64,000 nt of DNA, taken from NCBI GenBank assembly GCA_030704615.1, contig CM060732.1, forward strand, positions 11,656,001 to 11,720,000, written 5' to 3'. The position numbers and the translations under genes are program-made. How positions within the stretch are numbered: position 1 is the stretch's first letter; each line of letters opens with the position of its first letter. Origin of the DNA: Takakia lepidozioides (lineage: Eukaryota; Plantae; Bryophyta). A model generated the notes under the pieces. The model searched no databases, was not told the origin of the DNA, and saw only the letters and a program-made list of their open reading frames with translations. Shown here in pieces: positions 25,281 through 39,800 of this stretch.

Positions 25281-27851
25281 ATGAAGAGCTTAGAGCCATA
25301 CAGGATGGCAAAGTTGAATCACTCACAGAGTTTTCTGGGACATCAAATTGGGGGCAGGAATAGCTCCTTTGCCATTGCCACTTCTGTTGAAAGAGGACCA
25401 AGAGATGGAGTCAACAAGAAACCTTCTGGTGCTTGTCGGGATGTGAGGACACGACGTAACGCCCAACGACCAAAAGAGGTGCTGCACATGTTGAATCAAC
25501 AAGGCATCCAGCTAGACTCCAATACATATGTATGTCTTTTGGAGGAGTGCATTAGCATGAAATCCCTAGCAGAGGGAAAGCAGGTGCATGCACACATTAT
25601 CGAAAGCGGATTCAAGCCAAAGATATTTCTACTCAACACCCTTGTCAACATGTATGCCAAGTGTGGGAGTGTGATGGATGCACGCCAAGTATTTGATAAG
25701 ATGCCCGAACGAAGTCCGTCGACATGGAACATTATGATGGCAGGATATGCGAAACTCGGGTATAGTATGGAAGCTTTCAACATCTACGAGCAAATGCAAC
25801 GGGAAGGAGTGTCACCCAACAGAATTTCCTTTGTTTGCATTCTTAATGTGTGTGCCAACTTAGGAGCCCTGGAAAAAGGCAAGGAGGTTCATGCTGACAT
25901 TCTCAAAGCTGGAGTTGCACCAGATGTCATTCTGGAGACTGCACTTGCTGACATGTATGCCAAATGTGGTAGCATGAAAGGTGCACGGCATGTGTTCGAA
26001 AAAATGGCTGATCGAAATGTGGTCTCATGGAGTGCAATGATTGCAGGATATGTTCAGAATGGGTGTGGTAGGGAAGCTTTCGAGATGTATGAGCAAATGC
26101 AACAGGCAGGGGTTGTGCCCAATGAGGTTACGTTCACAAGTGTTCTCACTGCCTGTGCCAACCTAGGAGCCCTGGAAAAGGGGAAAGAGGTTCATGCTGA
26201 CATCATTAAGGTGGGGATTGTGCCATATATAAATTTGGAGAATACCCTTGTCAACATGTATGCCAAATGTGGCAGCATGAAGGATGCGCATCAAGTTTTT
26301 GACAATATGATTAAACGAGATGTGGTCTCATGGAGTGTTATGATCAGAGGAAGTGCCCAGCATGGGTGCGGCAGGGAGGCTTTTGAGATCTACAAGCAAA
26401 TGCAGAGTGAAGGGGAGACGCCCGACATGGTCACATTCACTTGCATCCTCAATGCATGTGGCATCTTCGGAGACTTGGAAAAGGGCAAGCAGGTGCATGC
26501 TGACATCACCGAAAGTGGAATTGTGAGAGATATTATACTGGAAACTGCTCTTATTGACATGTATGCAAAATGTGGGAGCGTAAAGGACGCACGGGAAGTG
26601 TTTGACAGTATGGACAAACGAGATGTGGTATCATGGAATGCCCTGATTGCAGGATATGTTCATCATGGAAGTGGTAGGGAGGCTTTTGAGATTTATGAGC
26701 AAATGCAACAGGAAGGGGTGATGCTTGACAGGGTCACGTTCATTTGCATTCTCAATGCATGTGCTAGCGTAGGAGCCCTGGAATTGGGCAAAGACGTCCA
26801 TGCTGACATTGTCAAAGCTGGAATTACATTAGATGTTGATTTGGAGAATAGCCTTCTCAGCATGTATGCCAAATGTGGGAGCAGGAAAGATGCATGTCAA
26901 TTGTTCAGCGATATGGCTAAACGTGATGTGGTCTCATGGAGTGCAATGATCACAGGATGTGCACAGCATGGGTATGGTAGGGAGGCCCTGCAACTATTTG
27001 AAGAAATGCAACAAGAGGGCCTGAAGCCGGATGCTATCACCTTTACATCTATTCTCTCTGCATGTAGCCATGTGGGCCTAGTGGATGAGGGGCATCATTA
27101 CTTTGGGTGTATGAGTGAAGTTTATGGCCTCACTCCTACGGTGGAGCATTTTGGCTGCATGGTGGACCTTCTTGGCCGGGCAGGGCAATTGGACGAGGCA
27201 GAGGACTTCATTAACAAAATGCCAATTCAACCAGATGCCAGGGTGTGGAGGGCTTTGCTTGGCGGCTGCAGAATTCATGGTGATGTGGAGATAGCAGAAC
27301 GTGCAGCGAAAAGCATTATAGAATGTGATCCACATCACACTGGAGCTTATGTTCTGCTATCAAACATCTATGCTGCAGCTGGTAGATGGGACGACAAATT
27401 GACGGTGAGAAAGATGATGGAAGAGAGAGGTGTCAGAAAGGAGCCAGGGCACAGCTGCATCGAGGTCAACCGACGGGTGCATACATTTGTTGTAGAGGAC
27501 AAATCACATCCACAAATTGAGAAAATCCATTCTGAACTTGACAGATTGTCTCGGCGAATGAAGGAGGCCGGGTACGTGCCTGACACTAGCTTTGTGTTGC
27601 ATAATTTGGATGAGCAGCAGAAGGAATTATCTCTTTCCTACCACAGTGAGAGGCTGGCCATGGCTTTTGGGCTCATTAGCACACCTTCTGGGACACCCAT
27701 CCGCATCATCAAGAACCTCCGTGTATGTGGTGACTGCCACATTGCCACAAAGTTCATCTCAAAGATTGTTGAGCGAGTAATTGTCGTACGGGATGCCAAT
27801 CGCTTTCACCACTTCCAAGATGGGGTTTGTTCTTGTGGGGATTACTGGTGA
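25281..27851 (+). CDS. PLS-class pentatricopeptide repeat protein with E1-E2-DYW deaminase domain (C-to-U RNA editing factor), single exon, 856 aa
   Basis: 17 PLS motifs (L-S-[P-L-S]x4-P2-L2-S2), PG box [16 protein letters not shown]...CGDCH zinc-deaminase signature and C-terminal CSCGDYW. The N-terminal extension is transit-peptide-like. Confidence 0.97.
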   Translation: MKSLEPYRMAKLNHSQSFLGHQIGGRNSSFAIATSVERGPRDGVNKKPSGACRDVRTRRNAQRPKEVLHMLNQQGIQLDSNTYVCLLEECISMKSLAEGKQVHAHIIESGFKPKIFLLNTLVNMYAKCGSVMDARQVFDKMPERSPSTWNIMMAGYAKLGYSMEAFNIYEQMQREGVSPNRISFVCILNVCANLGALEKGKEVHADILKAGVAPDVILETALADMYAKCGSMKGARHVFEKMADRNVVSWSAMIAGYVQNGCGREAFEMYEQMQQAGVVPNEVTFTSVLTACANLGALEKGKEVHADIIKVGIVPYINLENTLVNMYAKCGSMKDAHQVFDNMIKRDVVSWSVMIRGSAQHGCGREAFEIYKQMQSEGETPDMVTFTCILNACGIFGDLEKGKQVHADITESGIVRDIILETALIDMYAKCGSVKDAREVFDSMDKRDVVSWNALIAGYVHHGSGREAFEIYEQMQQEGVMLDRVTFICILNACASVGALELGKDVHADIVKAGITLDVDLENSLLSMYAKCGSRKDACQLFSDMAKRDVVSWSAMITGCAQHGYGREALQLFEEMQQEGLKPDAITFTSILSACSHVGLVDEGHHYFGCMSEVYGLTPTVEHFGCMVDLLGRAGQLDEAEDFINKMPIQPDARVWRALLGGCRIHGDVEIAERAAKSIIECDPHHTGAYVLLSNIYAAAGRWDDKLTVRKMMEERGVRKEPGHSCIEVNRRVHTFVVEDKSHPQIEKIHSELDRLSRRMKEAGYVPDTSFVLHNLDEQQKELSLSYHSERLAMAFGLISTPSGTPIRIIKNLRVCGDCHIATKFISKIVERVIVVRDANRFHHFQDGVCSCGDYW

Positions 27852-28780
27852 AACAAGCAAAATACATGAAAGAAATGGTGCCACTCCAAATGTGAAAAAT
27901 AAATCTCATTATTTTTTGCAAGCAAAGTGACTTTTGAAGAACCAACGTTGTCATCGAAGGTGACAGTGGGTACTACACCTCTGAGCTGCCCAAGGTGATG
28001 GTCACAATTATCACATGTGCTAGGCTGCTTTCAGCACTCTGAAATTATTGATATGAGACCACGTAGCGGAAGATCCTAGCGCCTTCCGTCACATTGTGCC
28101 CTCCTCAGGAACACCTTCAGTTTGGGTCTCACAGCCTTTGCCAATGCCATCTCCACGAGTCCCCTTGCAGCTTCAAAATCAGGTTTGTATGGACCAGAGC
28201 TACTCTCCAGTAATCACTCCTGTGTGGGTCCTTTTTTGAAGTGTCATTGTCACAAATTCAATGCACTCAACACTGCACAAGAAAGTGTTGTAGAGCACCT
28301 GATGTGCTGCAGGGACTAGGGAATAGAGATTGCTAGATGTGTGTGGGCCGCACAAAAAAGTGCTTCTAAGACAAGAATTTTCCTCATGCCTTTGATGTAA
28401 TCCGGTAACACTGAATGCTTTCGGCAGCAAAAGCTACAGATCCTGCAGGCCTGGTATTGAAATCTATACTGAGGGTTATCATGCTTGAGCAGATGCCAAC
28501 CTGTTACTGATCATGAGTGGTTCTTGGACTCAGACGTTCTTCAGCTAGACATGATGGGATGAGCATATTACATAAGCTGGAGCAGGCACATGCAAACTAG
28601 CTACCCAGTCCACAATGTACTTCCAAGTAATAAATTCTCATTCCAATTTTACAGCCAATTTTACAGTCTTGTAGTCACTGTCCCATGCAGTAGAGCAGCC
28701 ACAAGAACAGTTGAGGCGCCAAAAACTTGCATCATATTCTCTCAGACATGTCCGAAATGCAGTCATCTTGCATGTGAAAT

Positions 28781-31700
28781 TCAATGTCTTTTGTTCTCGC
28801 TAGAGAATCGAAGGACGAGATAAAACAAGCACCTGAAGAAAACACCATACCCGATTGTGACTCCCAGGCAAGCCCATTTGCCAAGCTGCGTGATCTTCTT
28901 GGCTTGGAGCACATCGTGGCCGGTGAGTACACAAGAAGAGGGGCTCAAATCACCATAAGGGGTGCCTTTCAAAGCATCAGAAGACGTCAGATACATGAGC
29001 AAAGAATCCACCAGGCTCTGGTCCAAAGTGGCCAGGGGAGTCCCATACAGAATCTCACTCCCGGTTTCATAGCATGTGTCCCGCTCAAACTCATTGATCA
29101 AAACTGCCTCATAGGGATACTTGATTATGGAGAGATAGTGGAACCATAACCAGTACTCGGGGATGCGCTCTCGAGAAATGAAAAACCCACTGAGCAGGAG
29201 AAAGTAGGCGAGTAAGGCCACAGTCAGAGTGTACCCAAGCATCACATTAGGCATCACTGCAGAAAGCAGTGTGACAAACGAGTTTCCTGCCCAGAAAGAT
29301 GCCCAGACTATTAGAAAGAAATAGAGAAATCCCGGGCCTCCACCAGCAAGTCCAACCGCCCACCAGATAGTAATGACAAACGCCATCGACAAGAGAGCTA
29401 GAAATGGAACATAGATGATGGCATGCGCGAGGGTGTATGACGACTTGCGATATGCGTTGTGGGCCGTCTCTCTTATGAAAATGTATCGCTCCTGCAGAAA
29501 TATGGGTAGCGCGTCCGCACAAGTATAATACGTAGTCGACATGGCAAACGCAAAGAATCCAAGACGCTCCTGCACGCAGCCCACTTAAAATGAATTACGA
29601 GAGGCGTTCCCACAGTTGGTCAAGCCGATCACGGTGCTAGCCAGAAAACTGCAAGCTCAAACTCAGTTTGGGGTGACGCTAATGAAGGGAAGGTGTACAT
29701 CAGGCAGCCCTTTATCCACCTCTCAGATCAGTTCAATCCCCTCTCCAATAGCTTTAGCATTAAATTCTTTCACGAAATGAACCACCCAGTTCCAGACCTC
29801 ATCCTTAATATCGTACTCCACATTCAGCTGAAATAACATTCTTCAGATTGAGCTAGAGCTAGTACCTGAACCCCTTTTGGGGTGTGGTCGAGATTCCAGA
29901 AAACAGTGGCTAGTAGAAACCCAGTAATCACGACGGTGCCCAGGCGCATGAGGAAAAGCTCTGGTGTCCGACTGATGTTGATCACGGACCTACGAATCAG
30001 CACAGCGATTTCTTCCCATCCAGGATTTGCAAATTTGGACAACAATTCACTACTATCCTTTGGGGAGTGAAGAGAAAACTGGGAAGTGGAGACGAATGCC
30101 GAGGGTCGAGCAGCCACGAGCTTTCCTCTCGAAATAGATGCAGTGATTGCTCCACGGACATCCGTGAAGCTAACCAGCCTTTCAGAATCCCTGGAGTCAC
30201 TGACCCAGTTTTTGCAAAACTCCGCAAGTTGTTCCACTCCCCCCTGAATGAACCAACATGTGCGTCAATGTTAGCACCAGATCTCGTTTCTGCAATGTTT
30301 GAAATTTTATGAACAATATTGCCAAGATTCCTATGATGAACTGGACTGCATGTTCTAGTGCAGCTGTCGGGAATGCACTGGGATTTTCGTGCCCACTTGC
30401 ATCAGCTAGAAGTCTCACCAAAAGAGGTAATACCAAACCAAGGGGATGGTCCTCAGTGGGTAGACAACGCACCTGCGAAATGTTTAAGTCCTGGATGAGG
30501 TCAAGGGCGTGCTCGGTGCTGTTCTCATGCTCCGGCACTGGCCGCCCAAATGCCTCAAAATACGTGTGGAGTTCCTTGGGCGGGCCACCGTAGACTTTCT
30601 GTCCAAAGGCCAGGAGCATGAGGCTGTCGAGAAGGCCCAAAATCCTGTAACTTGGTTGATGGATGGATAAAATTACTATGCTGCCAGTGTGTGCAATATT
30701 TTGTAGAGTTCGAACCTGTCGCTCAAGCCCAAAGTGCAATGTTAGATGCTACTCCTCTCACGTCTTGATGATAGAAATATAAAAGCAGGCACACATTGAA
30801 CAGTGGTATTGTGCTTGAGATTCGGCTGATAAATTAGAAACATTCGCATTCAAATGTTGAGGCTGTGTTGGACAATCACTGCCTTAGGTGTGATTCGGAG
30901 AAGAATCTCAGACATTATTCAAGCCAATGGAAGGAATGAATACAGCAGTTGAGTTAAAGCAGTCAGTTTGTTCTGAACGTGCTCGTTTCCATCTGTTTGT
31001 AGTCAGGTAGCAAAGTTATCCGTGACACACTCATCGAGAACAAGAGGGAGACTTGCAGTTGAGATCTAGGAGTAGAAGGTTGAGGGCTAGTTTACATACC
31101 ACCATGTATGCGCTTGTTGAATCCAAGCCAGAAGTGGGCTCATCCAGAAAGAGGAGAAGCGGGTCATGGATTATGTCTATCCCTATAGAAACCCGCCGCC
31201 GTTCACCGCCAGACACTCCCCTGCGGCCCTCGTCCCCGATGATGGTGTTGGCCACTCTTCGGAGGCCCAACTGCTCAAGCAGACTGTCCACCCGTGCCTG
31301 CTTTTTGGCCTTGGATTGCGAGCGGGGCAGGCGGACATCCGCAGAAAACATGAGAGTTTCTTCCACCGTGAGCATGGGAAACAATAAATCATCCTGCGGA
31401 TATGAGCACCCCTCAGTTGAGCATGGGCCTGGAAATTGAGAAACATGAAGATCCTAGAAAGAGATTTAAACTGCTGTTTCAACAGATTCCACTACAGCTT
31501 TTCTATATGAAGCTGCCAGAGCCCTCACATGTTGGGAGATGGACCTCGCTACACTCCATGCTACTTATGCTTAGCATATGAGTCCAAATATTCTGATTCA
31601 AACGATGTCCAAGATTCGTTCTCTCCAATGACAGGCTGATTCACACAAGCTGTATTTATCATTCACCACAAGACGTTTCTTCTGTAAACACGCAATGCAT

Positions 31701-33032
31701 TGCACATCGAGAAATTGGATCCCTCTCCTGAATCCACTACATTCTCGGATGTTCTGTAGTGCATCAGTGCTGCAACTTGAACCATCTCTCTGTACTTACA
31801 ATCACATGAACAGGATCTCCACCAGAAGGCAGCCTCCTGGCACTGTCTATCAGTGTTCGTTTGACCAATTTCTGGCTCGGGAGGTAGTTCGAACAGCAGA
31901 TAGTTTAGTGTGCACTTTTGTTTGTCCACATAACTCTATGTATGGTGTATGCATTTTGACAAAGCTTCCAAATGCTTATTTGTATTGGGTGAATCCATTT
32001 TCAGGAGGGGTCAAATTCAAGTCATCTTTGCCACAGGCAAGATCTGTTTCTTTATCATTCGAAAGTTTGCATAAACAGCTCAGTAGAAGCTAACACATGA
32101 GGGGTTTGGAAGTCTGTCAGCCTATCCATAGATCTTGACTGTTTCCCTCCAACAAGCTGCAATATTCAATCTACAACAGAACAGTTGGGGGGAGGTTATT
32201 GTACCTGCATGACATAGGCAGAAATGTTTCGGAGAAGTCGATTGCTAACTTGTTCTCCATTCAAAGTGATTGTTCCTTCCAGACTCTCAATTCTCTGTGC
32301 AAGGGCGTCAATGAGTGTTGACTTCCCTGAGCCACTGGGTCCCATGACTGCCAAAATTTCTCCATCTCTCGCCTCTCCTGAGATATTATCCAGCAGGCGC
32401 GAAGTAGAAACATCTGTTTGATCGGAAGTCAGATCACGTTTAGTCCACCTAGATGTCTTTTGCTTGACTGTGTAGGTAAGTTCATTGAACTCTAAAAGAA
32501 GGAGGGGCTGCCGCACATCTTCCTCATCTACAACATTTTTTAATTCTATCACTTTGTGGGGGGGCTCGGAGGGTTCAGACATCATGAGGGACCCAACATC
32601 TGGAGTCTCACTCTCTGTCCCCAGTGATCCCTGTATCTTGTGCAAAATTTCCCCCACTCCAGGGGAATTCTCTGCCGTAAGCTCGTCCGTAGACCCTGAG
32701 AGTCCATTGATCCCTGCTGATTCTGGTGACTTTCCCAGCTGGCTCCTAGAACTTGATCCTTGTACAACATCAGTTGAAGACGAAGCTTCCGAGTAACTAC
32801 TCTGGGCGCTGGTGGACTGGAGAGGGGAGTCTGAAAGAGCTAATGGGTCCCCTGTAATCTCAGTTTCGAAACTTGAAGATGCTTCTGCTGACTCGGGCTT
32901 CCCTTTTTGCCTCTCTGCTATTGCCTGTTCTAAAGATCTATGCTTCTCTGCTGCTGCTGATTCTAAAGATTTATAACTCTCTGCCAGTTCCTTTCGGCGA
33001 GGTACCCGTGGCTTACGGGACACATTTTCCAT
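28781..33032 (-). CDS. Half-size ABCG (WBC) transporter, AtABCG1/2/6/16/20-like clade, ~5 exons
   Basis: Walker A GPSGSGKS, signature VSGGERRRV, Walker [12 protein letters not shown] and H-loop SIHQP. TMD motifs [10 protein letters not shown] and [19 protein letters not shown], ending in SENKRH. Approximate exons: 33032-32205, 31393-31100, 30714-30473, 30244-29866, 29570-28781. Confidence 0.93.
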
Positions 33033-34659
33033 TGCTGAGTCTCAATGATGCTTACAGTCTGGTGATGGCTGGCCCCAGTGTAGGAGCTAAGGTGGGCAAC
33101 GTCTTAGCAAGAATTGGACAAGTCTGAGAGGGCATTGTGCTGAATTCCATGCTGAGGAAAGAGAGCTGAGGCAGGGCACAACCAAAGGGAGGAGATAGTA
33201 CAGACCGTAAAAGGGCCCAAGTGCAGGCTCATCTGGGCCTTGGAAAAGAAGAACTGAAGTTCTGATTTTCCGAGTTCCCTTCCTCTTACTAGGAACAGGA
33301 AGCAAACAGGTTGCAAGTGTATCTAAATTGATGTCCCACATGGGACTGAAAAGTCCAAGAAGGACATGAGACCGAGAGAGGGGGATGACGACTGACTGTT
33401 TGATCGCAAAGGTGAGGGCAAAAAGTCTAAATTTTGCCTCGTCTGCAAGACGATATATTCCAATGCTAGCGCTGATCAGGATGTCAAAGCTCCCAGAATA
33501 CTATGGCCGAGAGACGGGGGGAGAGAGTGGGAGATCCATAGACATGGCTGTGATGGTGTGCGTGCATGATAACGAGAAGAATAGCAAATCAAGAAAGTGG
33601 GGACGAGGGTGTAAATTCAGGGCAACTTGGCTGGGGCTTCGGCACCTAATTCCCTCCCTCAAATCCAGAAAAACGAAGAACCCAGAAGACTAAGGAGGGA
33701 CAGAGGGACGTCCGTGCACCTCTGTGTGTTTATGTGTGTCTTCTGTTTGGGAGAGACAGATTACAGCACCGGCCAAAGGGAAGGCGGCGAAGCAAGAAGA
33801 AGAAGAAGCCTGTCAACAATCTTCTCTCCCATTCCTACCCTCGTGACCAGACCGTTAGTCTTGGCCTACAATCTCTTCTACGCTCCTACCTTCGCTGTAC
33901 TCTACAAGAATACCTATCGTACCAATATGTAGGCATATCACGACGGATGACGACTCCGATTACGGATGAAGACGAGAAAGCTAAGTATCATCCTGACAAT
34001 AGCCAATCCTAGAAAGAAGTGCCTACCCTTGCCCTGTCCAACACCTGTAGACAAATGTTTTGTTGGCACTTGCCTAAGCATTCTTAATGCTTGGATGACT
34101 TATTGCTGGATGAAATACATACTAGTATAATAATTAATAACATATTATTACTTAATGTAATAATAATAGACTCACAGTTCCTGGATTACGTCTCCGCGTA
34201 AAGCAGTGTTTAATTGTGTATTGACAAATATAAATGGATGAAAGATGAATGGGAAAAAAAGGTTAATTTGTGTGGGAAGCAAGCCCAAATTATAGCCAAT
34301 CACCCCAAAAAAGGGCAGCGACCCCTCTTTGTAGTTGGGTTGGCTATGGTAATCATCCTACATAAGGTCTTGTCTGTGCCCTAATCATGGGGGGTGAATA
34401 TATAATAATACCATGAATGATGTGGATGGATGTGCATACACATGTTTGGATGATGAGAATTATTAATTAATTAATAGGTGGATTATATTTTTTTTCAAAA
34501 AAGTAAAAAATGGATGACGCCTCCCCAAGGAAGCATAAATTATGGTGTCTCTTGACCCCAAAGGACTACTGCCCATCGATGGATTGGACACACGACCACT
34601 TCGGAGCTGGTATGTGCCCATTATCATTGGGCTATAACTCAGTTGTCATTTTCATATTC

Positions 34660-36710
34660 ATAACAAATAGGCAGTTTAGGGCCCTATTCTTGGAAACTGG
34701 ATCATAGTTTAGAAGAAGGTCTGTATCAGTGAGCTGTCTGGGACCTCCCAACATCTATAAAATGACTTAACATAAGGCCAGATCTTGGCTGGAGCTTGAC
34801 ATGCATGAAGACACTGTTCGAGGGATTCCAAGATTGCAGTGGAGCAGCAAACACACAACAGAGCTCCCTAGAACTGTAAACATTCTCCAACTTTTAGTAC
34901 TCTATTGACCACCTGCCATAGAAAAGCTGCTATCTTTGACGGACGGGGTTTGATCCACACTGAGCCCCAACTAGTTTTCCAGTTCTTATCGCAGAAGTTG
35001 TACAACCCCACTTTGATTCCCATTTTTTGTACATAGGCTGGATGACTGACAGAGCCTTGTAGCCCTTTTTGGTTGTATATGCAAAGAAGGGCTCTGGGGA
35101 GTTGTTGAATTTCCACAACCATTCGGAGGGGTCAATTTCCATTTCTGCAAAGCGGCTTGCCCATAATCCATACAAAGGAGTTGGTTGTCAACCATGCCCT
35201 AGTAGTAATAGTGAGGGGAGGTTGGGATTCATTCTCTTATCTGTGGCTGTCCAACAGCAGACACGGACTGGAGTGAGAGCCATAATATGTATTGTCAAAG
35301 GTTCTGGAGAGGTAAGTGTGAGTCTTAGGGAGGTGGTGTTGATGGCGAATGTATAAACAGAAATGTCGTTTATGGATGTGTCTTCTACGAATACAATAGT
35401 AAGCTGGTTATGAAGCATGACGAGGGCCCAGGAGTTTGGGGCTAGCTCCGGAGGGCCTGTGGAAAGGGTAGCCAACCAATACAATGGTATGGACTGAACT
35501 AGTTGTTGATGGCCTTTAGTGGCCCTTGCAACGGCCACAGCCTGAGCAACCGATTCTAGAGATCTGAGACCGTTTCCTGACCATATATTATAAATCTGTC
35601 TGATGCCAAGGCAGTCCAATTTGGACCACCTTTTTGCCTGGTTTTTTTGAGAAGGGGTCAGAGGGGTGGAGTTTAGAAACAAGTGTTGTCTTTTGACTTC
35701 ATAGTAGGTACTTGGCTGGGCTTTTACGAGCAGTTTCCTCAGCCTCCCCCAGGCTAACTAGATGTTAGACCATAGGGCAGATCCCACTGTCTTGAGGTTA
35801 AATCCTTGAGTGAGCCAACGTAGGGAAGGGCTCCACTGGGTAGTCTTGAGGGGGGAGGAGTTTGTAATGTGGCGATAGACCAAGAATTTCCACCATCCCC
35901 CCTCCAGCCCTAGAAACCTAGGTATCCACTTGCCAAAGAAGGGCTACAATCTGCGTTTCTGGATCGAGAATCCCCAACCCATCTTTTTTTTTTGGTAAAC
36001 AAATTTGAGCCCAGGCTACAAGCGGTCGTTTGTTTTGGGATGAGGTCTCAGCTCCCCAGACAAAGTTCCTAAGAAGGCGCTTAATTTCCTGAATCCGTTT
36101 GGAGTTTGGGCGCCAAGAGGAAGCATAATACCATAATCCAGCAGAATGAATCTGATTAGCTACAAAGGCTCTGCCGATAATTGAGAGATGTTCTGACCCC
36201 CAGTAAGTCAATTTCCTCTTCAAGTTGGCCACTGTGGCAACAAATATCTGTTGGTCTGACAGGCTGATTCCGTAGGTATAGCCCAACAGTGTGGTGGTCT
36301 CCCCAGGTTGGAGCTACTTGAGTTCTTGATCCATTCCCCATGTGGGCGGGGATCCCATTGTGGATGTTGAGAGGTCACCTACCAGTAACCCTGAAGTTTT
36401 GTTCCAGTTATTTTGAATCCAGATGCTGCACAAAATTTGTTCAAGGTAAACCCTGCCTGGTCCAAGTTTTCCGGTGTGGCTTGCAACATCAAAAATGTAT
36501 CATCAACGAACATTGAATCAACCAAGAAATTGTACCGCCTGGTAATGTAGTTAGTGACCCGGAGGCCCTTTATAAATTGATTTTGTTGCAGCATATAGCC
36601 CAGTGTATTTGCTACCGCCAGAAAAAAGAAAGGTGAGAGGGGACACCCTTGTCTCACAAAGCGTTGTAGAGGGAACGAAGCAGATAAGCGACCATTGACT
36701 GAGACTCTGC
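34660..36710 (-). mobile_element. 5'-truncated L1/Tx1-like LINE ORF2 relic (RT domain to zf-RVT)
   Basis: VRQGCPLSP, FVDDT, FCAASG, LSIIGR..VAN, LVAWAQICLPKKKDGLGI and KIAAFLWQVVNRVLKVGE, with frameshifts and stops. Confidence 0.85.
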
Positions 36711-36858
36711 TGGATTTTTTCTTGTTGCCCCCTGTCTCCCTCTGTCTCCCTCTATCTCCCACTCTCTCCATCTCTTTTGTCTTTTTCTCTCTCCCTCTCT
36801 CTTTTTAACTTTTTCTGCACCATCTCTCCCTCTGTGGTTTGTTTATTTTTGTGAGCAA

Positions 36859-36859
<1 letters not shown>

Positions 36860-36895
<36 letters not shown>
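36860..36895 (+). repeat. Poly(A)36 tract within CT/GA low-complexity sequence
   Basis: Directly visible mononucleotide run. Confidence 0.9.
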
Positions 36896-36898
<3 letters not shown>

Positions 36899-39800
36899 AC
36901 AGAGGGACAGAGAGAGGGAGTGAAAGGGAGAGATCAGGAAACAAAAAAAAAAAATCTGGAATCTACTTCCAGTGGCGCTCCGGGAGGAGATAGCGCGGGC
37001 ACATCCGATAACGGGGCCTCCTACCACATCGGGTGACACCGGGACCGAGTCAGCCAAGCTTCACAATGTACAACTGTTACACCTTGTTCCATGTTTTACA
37101 ATCATTTCCTTGGCATGCATGATTTTCTTTGTCGTTAGTTTCTTTTTTTGAAATTGGGGGGGTTATTTGTCTTCAGGAGGCAGCAACATGGCTAGCCTCG
37201 TTGGTGCAGTCCGGTGGGGTTGCCAATGAGGGAGAGCATGTGGTGTTCATGAAGGACCCGGACACCAAAGGTAAGAAGAAGAGGCCTCGACCTCCCGAGG
37301 TAGTGGTATGGGATCCAAGTTATCCTAAGGGCCGATGGGTATATTGGAATCATTTTTTTGCCTAAGATAGATTCCTATCAAGATTTTGTGTCATAGGGTC
37401 CAGTTAGTTGTATATTTATGTGGACAATATGTATATATAATACATTATATATTTTCATTTTATTTTTGTACTGATTGGACAACTGCCCGAACAACGAAGG
37501 AGCGAAGCTAGGGGTTTTTGCAAAGGGGCAATCTAATTTGACGAGGAATGAGAGAGGGATATAGATGTTAATGGAAAGCCTAGAATTGTTTTCCTCTCAG
37601 ATCATCAAAATAGGAGCAATCAAATGCAACCATAGCTAGAGTCCTTGCAATGCAATACAACAGCGATTGTCTATGCAGTCTTTTGAGGACCTCTCATGTT
37701 TACTCCCCGACTATAACACTAGTCTGCCATTTGATAGACGAGGAGAGTATGTGAAGTGATTTTGTACCTCAATAGTATTTATATTGCTTTTCGTTACACA
37801 TGACAGCTCAATATGGACTCATAGATTGTACTCGTGGTGCACGATCATGGACTTGGAAAGATGGAAGGGGTTTGAAGGAAGATTAGAAAAATAGAATATG
37901 AAAGATTAGAACATCCAATAGATTAACACACACAAAGTGTAGAGTACGGAGTTGCTGCAACATTTGTAACATTCTTTCAATATTGACATATACTTAAACC
38001 TTGGGTGTCTTGCTTGTTCTACAAAAAGACAAAGATACGAAGGGGTTCAAGTGCGGATTGAGGATCTCAACTTGAGCCATTCCAGCGAAATGAAGGCTCT
38101 CTATTTGGATCGTTGTTTGCAAATAACAATATAATCTATTGCAATTTCAATTTTCATCTAATTACATTTGGAGATTACAAAGTCCAAGTGCCTCGTGGCA
38201 GATCATGTACTCAACGAGGAACAAGGTGAGGATTCATTTGAAGAATTCATGGCAATCCCTCGTCTGAGAGATGCATTGTGGACTACACCTCAGTAACTTG
38301 TTTTAGAATATTTATCTACACTGCCATGAGGACTATCTCTATAGGAACACACAAGCATTCCCTCTTTAGTTGAGATGGACAACAAGAAAGAAACTTTACC
38401 TTGCATTTCGCAAGGCTTTTATTTTTTTTCATATGCTGATAGTTCGAAAACTGATTTTCAGCATTGCATAGCAAACTCCATCTACAGACATAAACATCTT
38501 TTCAATTATGATGAATTGATACATATGCATACATATATATCGAATGATGCATACATTCACACTTAATATATACTTCACAAAATCTAAATACAATGTTTGA
38601 TTTCCATTATGCAAAAAATCACATTTTCATTCACAACTAACTAAATAAATGTGATTTATGTCGACTTACCACACGGAGAAAATAATCTTGTCTATTCGAG
38701 TGTGACTTCAACAAGCTCGTCGTCTTGGTGTGGGTCTTTCATAATGATAGCAATTGCAGAAAGAACAACATCTAAATCGAAAGGATCACTGCCTCTAGTG
38801 CGCCAAACATCATTTTCCAATAAAATATTTAGTCATATTTTCCAAGACAACCATTACTCTTTAGTAACTCTCTTTTTCAGTTTTGAAAGCTTCATCTTGT
38901 TACTGGGCAATCACACACAACATATTGATGCTTGTGTGAAGGGATTTCTAGAGGATATCTGGAAAATCCAGATTATGTGTTATATAAAGGTAAGTCTTAC
39001 TATCAACGTCAACCCCTGACAGAGGTAGGTTCCCAACTTGCAGAATTCAACCTGAAAATTTAGGACCGACTCTGATAACGGGGAAAATCAGGCTGAAATG
39101 TGTTTAAGAAGGTGCCTTCATTAGCAGTACCTAATGCAGATTGCCATTTGTGCAATCTATACAATGCTGCCATAATCTGTACAATGTTGTCATCACAACA
39201 TTTTATTTTGGTTTCTTGCCAGAAATATTCGAATGACGAAAGGTGGGCGATTGGCGCCATGATAGGTATTGCATGTGCCCTAATGACAGGCTTGAACCTG
39301 TCTATGGGAAACCTTTTGAAGCTTCCAGTATCTCATATTTGGCAAGTGCCGGAGGACGAAATTTGGGCTCTTATCCGTAGCCACTTGTTTAGCATGATTG
39401 AGGAAAGAAACGTAATGAGAGAAGGTTTATCCTTACTATTTCCCAAAGAAACAACATACAGATGAAAGAATCCCAATGGAGGATCTCCGCATACGTTCTT
39501 TGTGTAATATTCAATGGCACGAGTTCAATACAATCCAATGACTTCCTAGTAAATTTCATGTACATTTCAAGATACTGAACCCAAGTAAACTAAGTTCTTT
39601 AAGGGTTGTTGTGAGAACGTATGAATTAACTAATCGATTGTGATTGGTGGTCTTCATCATCGGAGTGAAGTGCTTTGGAGGCAAATTATCAATTTTAATT
39701 TAAAGACTAGTTCGTGTGGATGACAGATTTCCACATGTGTTCATCTGTTTTTCTATCATGTATTTGCAGTTTTTTTGTCAGGACGAGGATACTATGCTTT

